Below are positions 26,382-37,859 of a stretch of 64,000 bases of DNA, in pieces. Source of the DNA: Octopus sinensis (Eukaryota); assembly GCF_006345805.1 (NCBI RefSeq), contig NC_042999.1:48174001-48238000 (forward strand). The letters are read 5' to 3'. The notes beneath the pieces were generated by a model. It was not told where the DNA came from. It saw only the letters and a program-made list of their open reading frames with translations, and made no database searches. The position numbers and the translations under genes are program-made. Numbering within the stretch: the first letter of the stretch is position 1; each line of letters opens with the position of its first letter.

Positions 26382-26821
26382 TCAGTGAAAACAGGGAAAG
26401 TTTTCGGCTTCTCTATCACGAAGAACAGCAATGATTCCCAACTTCTCTTGGAAAAGGACAAATTGTTTAGAGTTTGCTAAGGATTTGTGTGCGGTATGAT
26501 AGATTCCATATGAATTTTGGCAGCGTGTACTGTATAGTGTGATTAATCTTTGGAACTGTGTAGTAAGACTAATGTTTATAGGAAGATGAAGTAAATGTCC
26601 GTTACCATGTGTTTTCTGAAACTTGCATCTATATATTTGCGATGAAACTTTTGAACACTGGCCTGGAATAAACATAGTCAACAAACAAGCCAAAGTAAGG
26701 GGAGACGATTTATGAAATACTTTGCAAACCAAAGCTGTTCTTTTTTCATCTGTTGTTTGATACTTGTTAGCTAAATTACCAAAACCATAACCAACAAAAC
26801 AATCACTGATGGCAGTAACAG
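26382..26821 (-). CDS. Candidate coding exon, unknown protein (VTAISDCFVGYGFGNLANKYQTTDEKRTALVCKVFHK...)
   Basis: Polypyrimidine acceptor ending tataatttgtag|CT, 145 open codons in unique AT-rich DNA with T/A-biased third positions; internal donor CATG|GTAACG at 26606 would give a symmetric 216-nt exon. Confidence 0.45.
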
Positions 26822-26929
26822 CTACAAATTATACATCAGTAGTCAAGGTATCAAGAAAAAAGTGGAGAACATATCTTAACAGTTGAGGACAGCAACATTA
26901 ACAAACTTGTCGAGAGTAAATAATCATTT

Positions 26930-27140
26930 CATAATTTGGTACTAGATCAGAAGCTTTCAGGGATGAGGAAAGTCGATTGCATTGACCACAGTGCTATTAG
27001 TACATATTTTATCGACACCCAAGGGCTGGAAGGTAAATTCGAGCCCGGCAGAATATAAAGCCAAAGCATAAATCACCAGAGGAAATACCGCTAATCATTT
27101 TGTCGGTGCGCCATTAATTTTGCCAGATCGCTACTCTTGT
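26930..27140 (-). mobile_element. SINE family B
   Basis: tattttatcgacaccc...gaaggtaaattcgagcccggcagaat...gaaataccgctaatcattttg...ttttgccagatcgc. Confidence 0.8.
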
Positions 27141-28639
27141 CGATGATAAATGATGAAAAAACTAGCGGCAGTTCGTTCACATCAATTCAACGCTACGTAA
27201 GCTGAAAATTGTGGATTCAAATGTCACCGCTCGCGGCACCATCACTATCAGCCTCAACAGCACCAATGACACCACTTCTACTACAGTTGTTCTGACATCG
27301 GCATCGAAATTAACAGCAGCAGCCACAGCATTTGTAGCACTAGCTGCGAAAAAGTTCTTTGAAGTGTAGCAATGGAGCTGCAATTGTAGGAAGCTTCGCT
27401 GCAAGCTATCGATACAGGAGTTACAGAAAGAAGGTTTAAGTTCATGCAAATGAAAATAGGTTTACTTGGATTCTTCTACAGAAAACAGAAAAGAAAAAAC
27501 ACTGTAATACCAAATGCATAAGAAGAGCAAATCAGCATTTAACAGTCCCAGAATTATAGACCTTGACAGAGACGCCAGAGTGCCTTACAACTAGAATAAA
27601 TTACTATTCCTGGCATTTTGCCATCAGATCATTATCTTTCACTCTCTTTACCATAGTCACATAATACTGAACATAAGAAATTAAGTTCCAAATGTACAAC
27701 TTAGTCATAGAAAAAGTATCCGAAAGCAAGAAAATAAGTTACACGATACAAAATGAGACGTTGACATTTAAGACTAATATTAAGCCATCGATGTACATAC
27801 TAATATGTACAAAGCAGCACCAATAAACACAGTCTGCTACTTCAAGCACAAAAACCCAACACCAGTGCTCTCGTTCCTAGCTATCTTCATACAATAGCAG
27901 TTTCCATTATACGTCTCAGCACCACCACCACCTCCACCACACATTATGCTTTCTGATATAAAGAGGTCGAGGTCAACGACATTTAAAGACTGCTTCCAAT
28001 GATTGCGGATAACTTCTACAATTCCAGGCCTGGCAGGTTACCGAAATTCATTGGCGATGCCATGAAAACAACTATTGGAATAGGAATACCACCAGATGTA
28101 CCTATCCGTAATGGCGCACAGCGACGAAACCGTTCATTGTGCATTCATTTAAAGTAAAAGCACATTTATGTTAGATGTTCGATCAAAAGGCCGAGTCTAT
28201 TGTAAAAACGGCCCTATCCGTTTCCTTTGACTGGGAAAGTGCGCAATCATGACCTTTCTTCCACCAGGCGGTTATAACGAAAGAGGTTCTCTATTTTTTT
28301 ATATGATTTTGTAAATTGGAAGGATTTACGACAAACAGTTTCCTCTACAGTGACATGCTCTTCCTGTTTTCGTGTTACATTTAGAAAGGTAGATGGCAGT
28401 ACTACATGTCAGAAAATATATCGAAATGCAGTTGAGAGTAACAAGCCTCGTCTCTTAAAATATGCCTGATTTCAATATCTTTGTGTAATGTAAAAGTTAC
28501 TAGTGACACATGACATTTGTTATTTGTATTCACAGTAATTTTACATCCTGGGTCTCCTTGATTGCTTCCGGATAACTGCCTACATTGTCATGATCTTGCA
28601 TTGGTAACTTTTTCTTTTTATTTATTAACATACAGAGAA

Positions 28640-28860
28640 GACTTGGCTGAATCGTAAACAAATGTGGTGTGCCGACAGAATCATTAGCATGCCGGACATT
28701 CTGATTTTAAATTCCACCCAGGCCGAATTTATATTTCATCTTTTCCGGGTCGATGTAATAAATACCAGTTGTGTACTGGGGGTTGATGTAATTGATTAAC
28801 ACTGTCGTCTAAGATTTTCGGCCGTGTGCTTACAGTAAAGGAATCATTTCTTCATACCGT
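28640..28860 (+). mobile_element. SINE family B, degenerate
   Basis: cagaatcattagcatgccgg...ttttaaattccacc...gggtcgatgtaataaataccagttg. Confidence 0.7.
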
Positions 28861-29375
28861 CTCTAATACATTCAATGAATTGACAGAACCGTTAAATAGT
28901 TGACTACAGTACTGCGTTGTATTACTTTCGAATCTCTGCACTTTCAGTCTCCGTCACCATTGCTTTTTATCATTTGGTGTTCCATAAAAAAGACACTATG
29001 TTGGTGTGGTTGGTATAACTGTTGGATCCTCGTATCGGTTCTGACCCAATACGTTCTGAAAATAACACCTATAAATACATTGGTTCCAAGCTGTGACTCC
29101 TTAAAGTGACAACCTTCTCTCGGAAAATATCAGTTGAGAGGCAAAATTGCGTGCATGGATGTCATATAGTCTTACACTCAAAGTTAGCCGTTACCTTGCT
29201 ATACTAGTGTAGAAACACATCTGAGTCTAACGATTTTAATATCATTTTATTACACACACACGTACTGTACCAAATTGTTTTCCTTATTGAAAGATGAAAT
29301 TAATCTGTTGTCATTATTATTCATAAATTAATATATTAAGACCGTCAGATGTGAGTTCAAGGGAGAGGTGAAAAG

Positions 29376-29377
<2 letters not shown>

Positions 29378-29445
<68 letters not shown>
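29378..29445. repeat. (GA)n microsatellite
   Basis: Direct observation. Confidence 0.95.
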
Positions 29446-29447
<2 letters not shown>

Positions 29448-30224
29448 ACGTTAGCACTGGGAGCTAATAGAAAGAAATTGCTGTGACCTTGTGTAGTTAA
29501 TATGCTGAATGAAAAATCAGAGGGAAAATCAGAGAGAGGAAGAGAGAGAATGAGTGAGTGTTTACTGAAAGAAACGCATACAGTGGAAGCATTTGTTTGA
29601 TTTTAAAGATTGTGTACTAGAATATTGTGGCAGACAATGAGAAAATCATTTAGTTGTTACAGGTGTGAATTTTCGACCGTTTTCATATCTTCAGCCTCTT
29701 GATGATGTTATTATAGGGATACACAAATACATTGGCATGATATATCGGCACATTGTTAAATTAAATTGAAATAGCTTTATCAAACAGTTGTGGATGTTAC
29801 TTTTATGTTTTTATTTGTAGCAGCGAAAAAGCTGAGACCATACAGGGGCACAACCATTATTTATTTAGTTAGCTATTTCTTCCTGACACCCAAAAGACTG
29901 TCGAAACTGGTACGACATTCGTATTCAGAGGAGCATTGTCGCTGTGAATTTTCTATCCTTTCTGCCCTTTATTTCAATTCTTTACATTTTTAGTTTTTCC
30001 TTTTTCTCTCTGTCTTCCCCATTTTCTCTATCACATGACTTTGGAAATTAACAATCTGGCGTGTATATTTTAATGGCCTACTAATGTATACAGTGCATTT
30101 GTCAGCGTCTATAGGGCGAGTAAAATATAAGAGATGTTACGCTTTGACTGAAAGCTTGATGAGGGTAAGTGGCGGGGGCAGTAGCAAAATATATTCATGT
30201 AATACAATACATACATGTCAACTG

Positions 30225-30620
30225 ATAGGGTTTTCTTAGGATGTGGATAATACTTGGATTTCTCTGAGACATGTTTCTCCTGAGATGTTGCCTCATTGTT
30301 TCTGAAATCCCTTGTTTATAATACCTAGGGCAACCAAAATAACAGGAACGGTTCATGCTGTAAGATGTCACATATTTTGTATTTTAATTTCCTGTTCCTT
30401 ATATTTACTTAATTCGTCAAATTCCTTTACAGATATATTTTTTATCAGTGGGAAAACTTACATCTATTAGCCTACAAGTATTTTCGTCCTTGTGTTTAAT
30501 AATTATACCTGGACAATTAACCTGGATCTTTCTGTCGGTGTTTACTGGAAAATCTCAGAACATAGTGACATCTTTATCTTCAACGACTGGCTTAGGATGA
30601 TGCTTATATCAGTAAATAGG
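30225..30620 (-). mobile_element. R4/Dong-type restriction-like endonuclease domain remnant
   Basis: Frameshifted VEDKDVTMF*DFPVNTDRKIQVNCPGIIIKHKDENTCRLIDVSFPTDK matches WDFxxxTDRxIxxNRPDIII...IDVxxP; followed by a VPVILGALGII-like segment. Confidence 0.85.
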
Positions 30621-30884
30621 ATTGGTGATTTTTAGTGTTTACATATTTTCCAATGTAAATACAGACCTACCCTATCGTGGCGATTTTTCTATACGTTTGG
30701 TATCACCAGGAAGCATACCTAAACGAGATGGTCTATTGTTTTGCCGAAGGTATCGAGAATCTGCATTTACGGTCAGAACCGTTTTGAAGAACGTTAACTT
30801 AGTAGTTTCTGACTAGCAAGTCCTGATCCTGCCTCGGCAATATAAAAACTTCAGTCTCTGCATTCAGTCCTGAACTTCTCAGCC

Positions 30885-31085
30885 GATGGTGGGTTTGCAA
30901 AATGGTTAGCGGCCTTTTGTATATCTACGTTTTGCGCTCAAATTCCACCGGGGTTGCTTTTGCCTTTTACCTTTTCGGGATGGATAAAATAATCACCAGA
31001 TTACTATTGGGGTCGATACAATCGATACAAATGTTACAATTGACGTGCACGTCACCAACATTTTCAGCCCTATGCCTACAGTAGT
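30885..31085 (+). mobile_element. SINE family B, degenerate
   Basis: aaatggttagcg...ctcaaattccaccggggttgcttttgcctttt...ggggtcgatacaatcga. Confidence 0.7.
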
Positions 31086-33176
31086 AATAATAATAATAAT
31101 AATTATTATTATTGTGGTTGTTGATATTGTTGTTATTGGTGGTAGTGTTCATGTTATCGTTCTTAATGAAATCACGGAAACATTAATTCACATAATGAAA
31201 ATCTACTAATTAATTATTATTTCAGTATTTGAGTTCCGTGATTACGTGATGCAAATAAGTAATATTTCTAAATGAAGAAATGTAACAATGGGTTTCTGAC
31301 TTATCGATTTATGCAAATCGCATCCTTTAGGAGGTAAAACCGAAATACGTATTAAAGACTTCAAAGTGCAGTAGCAAAACGATTAGAGAAAGAATGGATT
31401 TTAATCTAGCTTCATTTATTTTCTCTTCATGGCCAGTTATATTATTTAATTTTATCGTCTGTCAAAAGCATTTTCGAAAGGGATGAAGGTTTCAACTTCC
31501 ACTTATCGACTTGTAATATTCCGATTTTCGCAGTCCGTAAGAATGAAGAGATACTGGGGAAATTAAACTAGTGAAAAATAATAGAATATTGATTGATATT
31601 ATTTACAAAGGAAACTCTAAATGAAGAAATGTAAGCAAAATTAGTGGCGGCAACAATGAATATTGTCTCGTATCACTTTTAAGATTTCGAGACGCTTAAC
31701 TTTGTTATGTGTATTGCATCTAACGTGGACAGATATCTAACGGCGTCATATCATTGGCAATAATAGAAACAAGATTAAATCAGAGTGCGAAAGAGAAGAG
31801 AATGCGATGGATTTTATTTATTGGTATTTCATTATATATTTTAAGAATTCTATCATATTCCATAGCAAAACTGAAATTTAATTCATGTATTTTATATATC
31901 TGTTCAACTGCAAAATATTTCGTTGTGGTTTATGGACTGTGCTGTGTATCTTAGCAATCCTTCGAATGTAACGTTCAATTATTTGTTTGGTTTACACTGA
32001 ATGAGATGTAAAAACTTTTAAGAAGCAGATGATGAAACAGTAACAGCATTAAATATATATAAACGCGCAACGTATTATCATATTGCATATACACTGTATT
32101 CTCCCAGAAACATAACAATGATTTATAATCCCTATGTCAACACAGATTTAAACTATTGATTTTGAATTGAAAGCTGTCATTTGACATCGACTGTCTGCGT
32201 AATAGTCCTGCTACATAGCCTTATGCACTAAAATGTCAGTCTGATCGATCAATCGATGTAATATGAACATACATTCCATTTTGGTACTCATGGTAACGAT
32301 AGTAATAGTAAAACACATTGCCTGGTATTTAGAATTTCATTCTGAAATAATATCCATTTTTTCTCCCTCCATGATTTAGAGAAGAACGAAAGAATATTGA
32401 AAAGATTTATTTTTGGAATCTTAATATTTTCTTTTTAATTTTAACTTCAGATGAAATTTGAGATAAAATCATATGGAATATTCAACAAAGTTATTTTTAA
32501 GACAATATAAAATGATATTGTCTTTTTATGTAAAATAAGGATAGACGGACGGATTATTGAAACAATGTTTATGTTAAATACGGGTACAGCTGCCTCAAGA
32601 ATAACAAGCACACGAATTCAAAGTGTTTGCTTCTCGCCTATAATACAATTTATATGAGATCATATTCAATTAACGAAAAAAGAAATTGATACAACTTATG
32701 AAAAATAGAGTCAATAATTAACCAAAGCCGTTTCTGACTTCTGATTTGTGCTTAAATCTAACAGAAAACGGCTGTACAGATGTACAGAAAGGAACATAAC
32801 ATGCCTGAAGGAGAAGCCTTGTATTCTTACTTTTGATGCAAATCCACAAGAAAACTGATAACAAAGCTTCTCTAATGATTACAATGTGTCATAGACTATT
32901 TGTTATTTTGCAAAAGAAATTTGATTCAAATACAAAAGGAATAATATTCCGAAAAATATAGATTTTCAGAGCTAAACTTTTTTTTCTACAATTCCATTTA
33001 CTGAAAAGAAATTTAGCTTCGTCTTTTTGTCATAGCCATACGAATTCACGTCAAAATTGAATTAATATGTTTCGAAACTTATTTTGCGTGTCGACTTAGG
33101 ACACTATAACATGGAGAATGAAGTATTAGAAATGAACGTAAAACAATATAGACATTATGTCCTCATCAAAATATAT

Positions 33177-33580
33177 ACTCTTTACTCTTTACCCTTTTAC
33201 TTGTTTCAGTAGGTTGACTGCGTCCATGCTGGAGCATCGCCTTTAATGGAGCATCTCGACCACGGGACTTATTCTTTGTAAGCCTAGTACTTATTCTATC
33301 GGTCTCTTTTTGCCGAAGTGGCGGGGACATAAACACACCAGCGTCGGTTGTCAAGCAATGCTAGGGGGGCAAATACAGACACACAAACACACACACGCAT
33401 ATATATACATATATACGACGGGCTTCTTTGAGTTTCCGTCTACCAAATCCACTCACAAGGTTTTGGTCGGCCCGAGGCTATAGTAGAAGACACTTGCCCA
33501 AGGTGCCACGCAGTGGGACTGAACCCGGAACCATGTGGTTGGTAAACAAGCTACTTACTACACAACCACTCCTGCGCCTA
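33177..33580 (-). mobile_element. SINE family A, full length
   Basis: High similarity to 9803-10193. Confidence 0.92.
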
Positions 33581-34160
33581 TCTATCTGTTCTATCTTTTT
33601 TCTCTCCTTTCTACCCTTTTTCATTTTCTTATATATTTTTGTTTTTCTTTTCGCCACCCATCTCGTTACACCTATAAATCATTCCCTGTTTTTCTTTATC
33701 AATCTCTAAACAAGTGCGCACACATAGAGACAGACAAAATCCTAACGTGCACACGTATCTACCTTTCTACCTCTCTAAATATCTATCATCTATTTATTTA
33801 TCTCTCTCTCAGTCTGTCTGTCCGTCTGCGTGTGTGTCTCTCTGTCTATCTTTCTATAACTCTCTGTCTATCTTTTTATCTATTTTTAGTAAAATTTCTA
33901 TGTATGTGAATTATGTAAAAATATTTTTCACATCGGAAAAAATCGATAGAGTAATATAGAAACGAAAATGACTTATTTAAATTATAACTGTACACAGGTT
34001 TCCATAATTGTGTTTTTGTAATTCATAAAATGAATAGTCCTTATATTCCTTTCGGGTGGGTGATTTGGGATGGCTATTTAGTGTATCAAATTGCAATATG
34101 TTTTCCACAGAAACATATGTACTGTAGAAACTTAAATCATTTTCCCTGTAATATATATAT

Positions 34161-34548
34161 ATCAAAATAAGCAACAAGAATAAGTTCGATAATTTGGTAC
34201 GATCGTTTCGCACTACATCATTTTATTAAATAGAAAATGTTTGTTGTCTCCTTTCTCTTGTCCATTCCTCTCAGAACCTTACAGTAGTTCGGAGTAACTG
34301 AATTTTAGTCAGTCAGTTGATAAACGAATGTTATTAAAATTTAAATCCATATCATTGTCTATATATCTACCTTCTCTATTATGTTATCACTTGATATGAA
34401 AATTATGTATTAATGGAAAGCATCTTTTAATGGCTGATGAGTGCTCAGCATTTTAAAACTGTTGTAATACTTACAACATTTAATAATATGATGTAGTGCG
34501 AAACAATCGTACAAAATTACCGAAGTTATTCTTGTTGCTTATTTTGAT
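34161..34548. repeat. About 70-bp inverted repeat pair (34161-34231 / 34478-34548), PLE terminal-repeat-like
   Basis: atcaaaataagcaacaagaataa.ttcg.taattt.gtacgat.gtttcgcactacatcat.ttattaaat and its reverse complement, with a handful of mismatches. Confidence 0.9.
34431..34513 (+). ncRNA. Degenerate type-I hammerhead motif with a long stem II
   Basis: TGG|CTGATGA|GTGCT...TGTTGTAA-TAC-TTACAACA...AGTGC|GAAA|C-AATC-GTA|CAA; the inverted partner has palindromic C-GATC-GTA|CCA. Confidence 0.45.
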
Positions 34549-34744
34549 TATAATCACCCATGGATTTATATGGATAACACCATACAGAATTCTGGTGCAT
34601 CTAACTTAAGTACCATATACATTTGAATCTAAATTTTGCTATACTTCTTCTGACCCTTACTTATAAATTGTTTATAAATTTAACATTTAAATGTATTTTT
34701 TAATATGCTGGCCATTGATAAAACATTTTTCGAAAAATTGTATG

Positions 34745-34796
<52 letters not shown>

Positions 34797-35415
34797 GTAC
34801 GTATGTATCTATGTATCTATGTATCTATGTGCACGCATTCAGAGCGAAGTGTTATGGGCATATTCTTATCGTATCTTTAATAGTCACTTTGAATCGCTAA
34901 CTCAGTGTGCACTTCGCCATTGTTTCTACTGTTTTTCTACTCTTTTTCTCTCCTCAAACCTCTTTGGCATTCTCAGTCTCCAAGTATATATACACAAATG
35001 ACTTATTTTCTCAATACCTTGGTCACCTCCTAATCATATACCGTTATCTGCATTTCATTTCAATTGCCGTTCTACTTCATCCGATAATCCCATAAAATAC
35101 CGTCTACTATTATAACATTTATTTTATATTTCTTTCATATCCCTTTCAATAATTCTCATTATAGTCTCAGTACTTTTGAGAGACAGTATACAGACATTCA
35201 CAAACAAAAACTAAATCTTGCGTAAGTTCAATATTTGTTCTATAATTACTTCGATAAATTGTTCGGTTAAATATAATCTTTGAAATGTCAAACAGTACTA
35301 TGATATCTTTAGAGAATTGTGATCAATGTGACACAAAGGACTTGACCTCAGACAATACATTTATGTAGAAATCAGAGATAGTTGATTTGTACGGGTATTA
35401 AAGGTGCCAAATTTG

Positions 35416-35807
35416 TATTACCTCCGCTTTTGTGTAGGCGGTGGTATTGGTTCAGACATGTTTGTTTGTCTCCTTCTCCATTTATCCGTGGACAAGATAT
35501 CTCAAGAACCACTGGATGGATTCAGATGAAACTTTCAGGGATGCTTGGCCTCGAAATAGGTATGAACTGATTAGATTTTGGGATCAATCCATTATCGGGC
35601 AAGGATTCTGAATTATTATTTATTTTTGTGTGTGTTTTTTTACTTAATTTTTGAGAGCGGTCGGTTTCATATTTAGTACGCTTGTGAGAGCAGTCGAGTT
35701 TATTTCTGATATTCTCATTCTAAAATCCTCTCTGTCTAATCATTGAGAGGACGCTGGTGTTTGCGCTCTCTGTGCAAACCTCTGCCAGCACAGCACACGC
35801 TCTTGTT
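35416..35807 (+). mobile_element. Non-autonomous Helentron/DINE-1-like element
   Basis: 5' tattacctccgc...aggcggtggta inverted motif, gtttgtttgtct microsatellite remnant, caagatatctcaagaaccactggatggattcagatgaaactt core, 3' gcgctctct...ctcttgtt end. Confidence 0.6.
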
Positions 35808-36002
35808 ATTAGCATTGAAAGAAAATTAATGTTTTTTTTGTTAAATCTTGCATGAGCGAACTTTAAGTTTAAAGACAGTGTTTATTGATAATTTTACTTT
35901 TAAGAAACCTTGTGCATAGTCTTTTGATTTTACAGTGTTAAGTTTCACGTGTAGCAAGTATTTTAAGAATAAATAATTTATAAATATTATATAAATAAAA
36001 TA

Positions 36003-36378
36003 CGCGAAGCATGGCTGTGTGGTAAGACGGTCGTTTCACAACCGCGTGATTCCTGCTTCAGTCACACAGCGTTTCAGCCTGGGCAATTGTCTTCTTCTAT
36101 AGCCTCGGGTGTCAAAATCCTTGTATGTGGATTTGATAGACGGAAACTGAAAGAAGTATGTCGTACATATTCGTATATATATATATATGTATGTGTATTT
36201 CTGTCTGTGTTTGCCAATAGCGTGTTAACGTCCACGTAACTTAGTGGTACGGCAAAAGTGACCGATAGAATAAATACCAGGACTGATTTGTTTGAGTTAA
36301 ACCATCTAATGTGGTGCTCCAGCATGGCCGCAGTAAAATGACTGAAAGATGTAGAAGAATAACAGACTGAATAAAAGA
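36003..36378 (+). mobile_element. SINE family A, diverged
   Basis: gcatggctgtgtggtaag head through gtgctccagcatggccgcag tail. Confidence 0.88.
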
Positions 36379-37362
36379 GTTGGCATCTCTTATTTTGTGG
36401 GTTGCTACTCTGGAAAATGTATAGCTTCATAACCCAGTACATTAGCGGGTATTATTGGGCTACATATGAGAGAAATACGAATTTCTTCGTACAAATCCAA
36501 TAAAATCAATGATATATTTAATATATATTTAATCAATGATATATTTAATGCGGTGATGGAATATAGAGGATAAAAAGTTTCCCCTTGACTCAACTATTCT
36601 AGTTATGTCCTTGATCACCTGGGCCATAAGCATCAAGTCTAGAACTGATACAGTGTTAAGGCAAATCTAATTTTCCGTAATTAACAGTGGTACTACTACT
36701 TACATTCCCGAATCGTGAGCAAAACCGCACGTTCGTGGCGTATAGACGGCAGTTTGGTTAATGTGATCTACATTATGAATTTACGTTAATTAGTGCCCTT
36801 AAAAATTACCCAGTTGAAAAAACAGGTGCAGTCACAAAGGCAATGACAGAGAACTTTACTGCACAACCATGCCAACCATAAATTGTATAGGTGTAAGGAT
36901 TTTATTTCCACTTGCACTTAATATAATAGACTTCTGTCAAGTCTTCATGAAAATTATGCTCAAATTGCTGGATAATAGGTGGGCAAAAGTTGTGGCAAAA
37001 GATTGTTCGTTTTATGTGATGAATACGAGACTAGTTTCAATTAAGCAACTATTCTCCTCTGCACCATTGTCCAAGAAGTATATTTTCTGGTATTTTTCTT
37101 TAGTTATTTATTTAGGTTTTGACATTTTGTAAGTTGATCACATATAAAGTAGCGATGTTGTGGTCTCCGAGGGAGGTTGTACCACGTAAATTATGCAATC
37201 GTTATCCAATACTTAACTGTATTATTCAGATTCTACATTTTATATTTGTAACTCTGATGCAAAATACAAAGAAAGATATCAAGACTATTATCTGAAAACA
37301 TTGATAGAGCTTTACAGATGTGTAACGTATCAGTTTCTAATATGTATAGCAGTTATAAAGTG

Positions 37363-37440
37363 CAGTAATCCCTCGACTATCGCGAGTGCTGCATGCCAAA
37401 ACCCCATGGGATAGGTGGAAATCCGCGAGGTAGAGACAGT
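37363..37440 (+). mobile_element. pogo/Tigger-like terminal fragment
   Basis: cagtaatccctcgactatcgcg...ataggtggaaatccgcgaggtag resembles Tigger-type TIR/subterminal sequence; partner end not found. Confidence 0.4.
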
Positions 37441-37859
37441 TCTGTACAGTTATATTTTATTATTGTTATTATTTTTATAATTTCTATATAATTCTTTTTT
37501 ATTATAAGTGCAAAACAACACCAAATAAAAGTACGCTCTCCACATTACGATCTAATCCTCACCAGACCATCTTCGTTCCCAAATATCATGCACAAACTTT
37601 TTAAAATGAATTAAATAATACTGGTATTATACGAACCAAAAATAACAATCAGGAAGTATGTACTTTAAACTTGTTACACAAAAAGTACGAAAAACTGCAC
37701 GTGCAAAACCATTTAACACTAGACATGAACGGAACGATACCCTATGAAAATGATGGCCGTCAAAATAAAGGGCCGGACGTTATTCTTCATGTCACGCAAA
37801 TAAAAGCATAGAAGCTTAAATGGATAGGGGAGGAATATATTTCAATCTTAGGCACTTAT

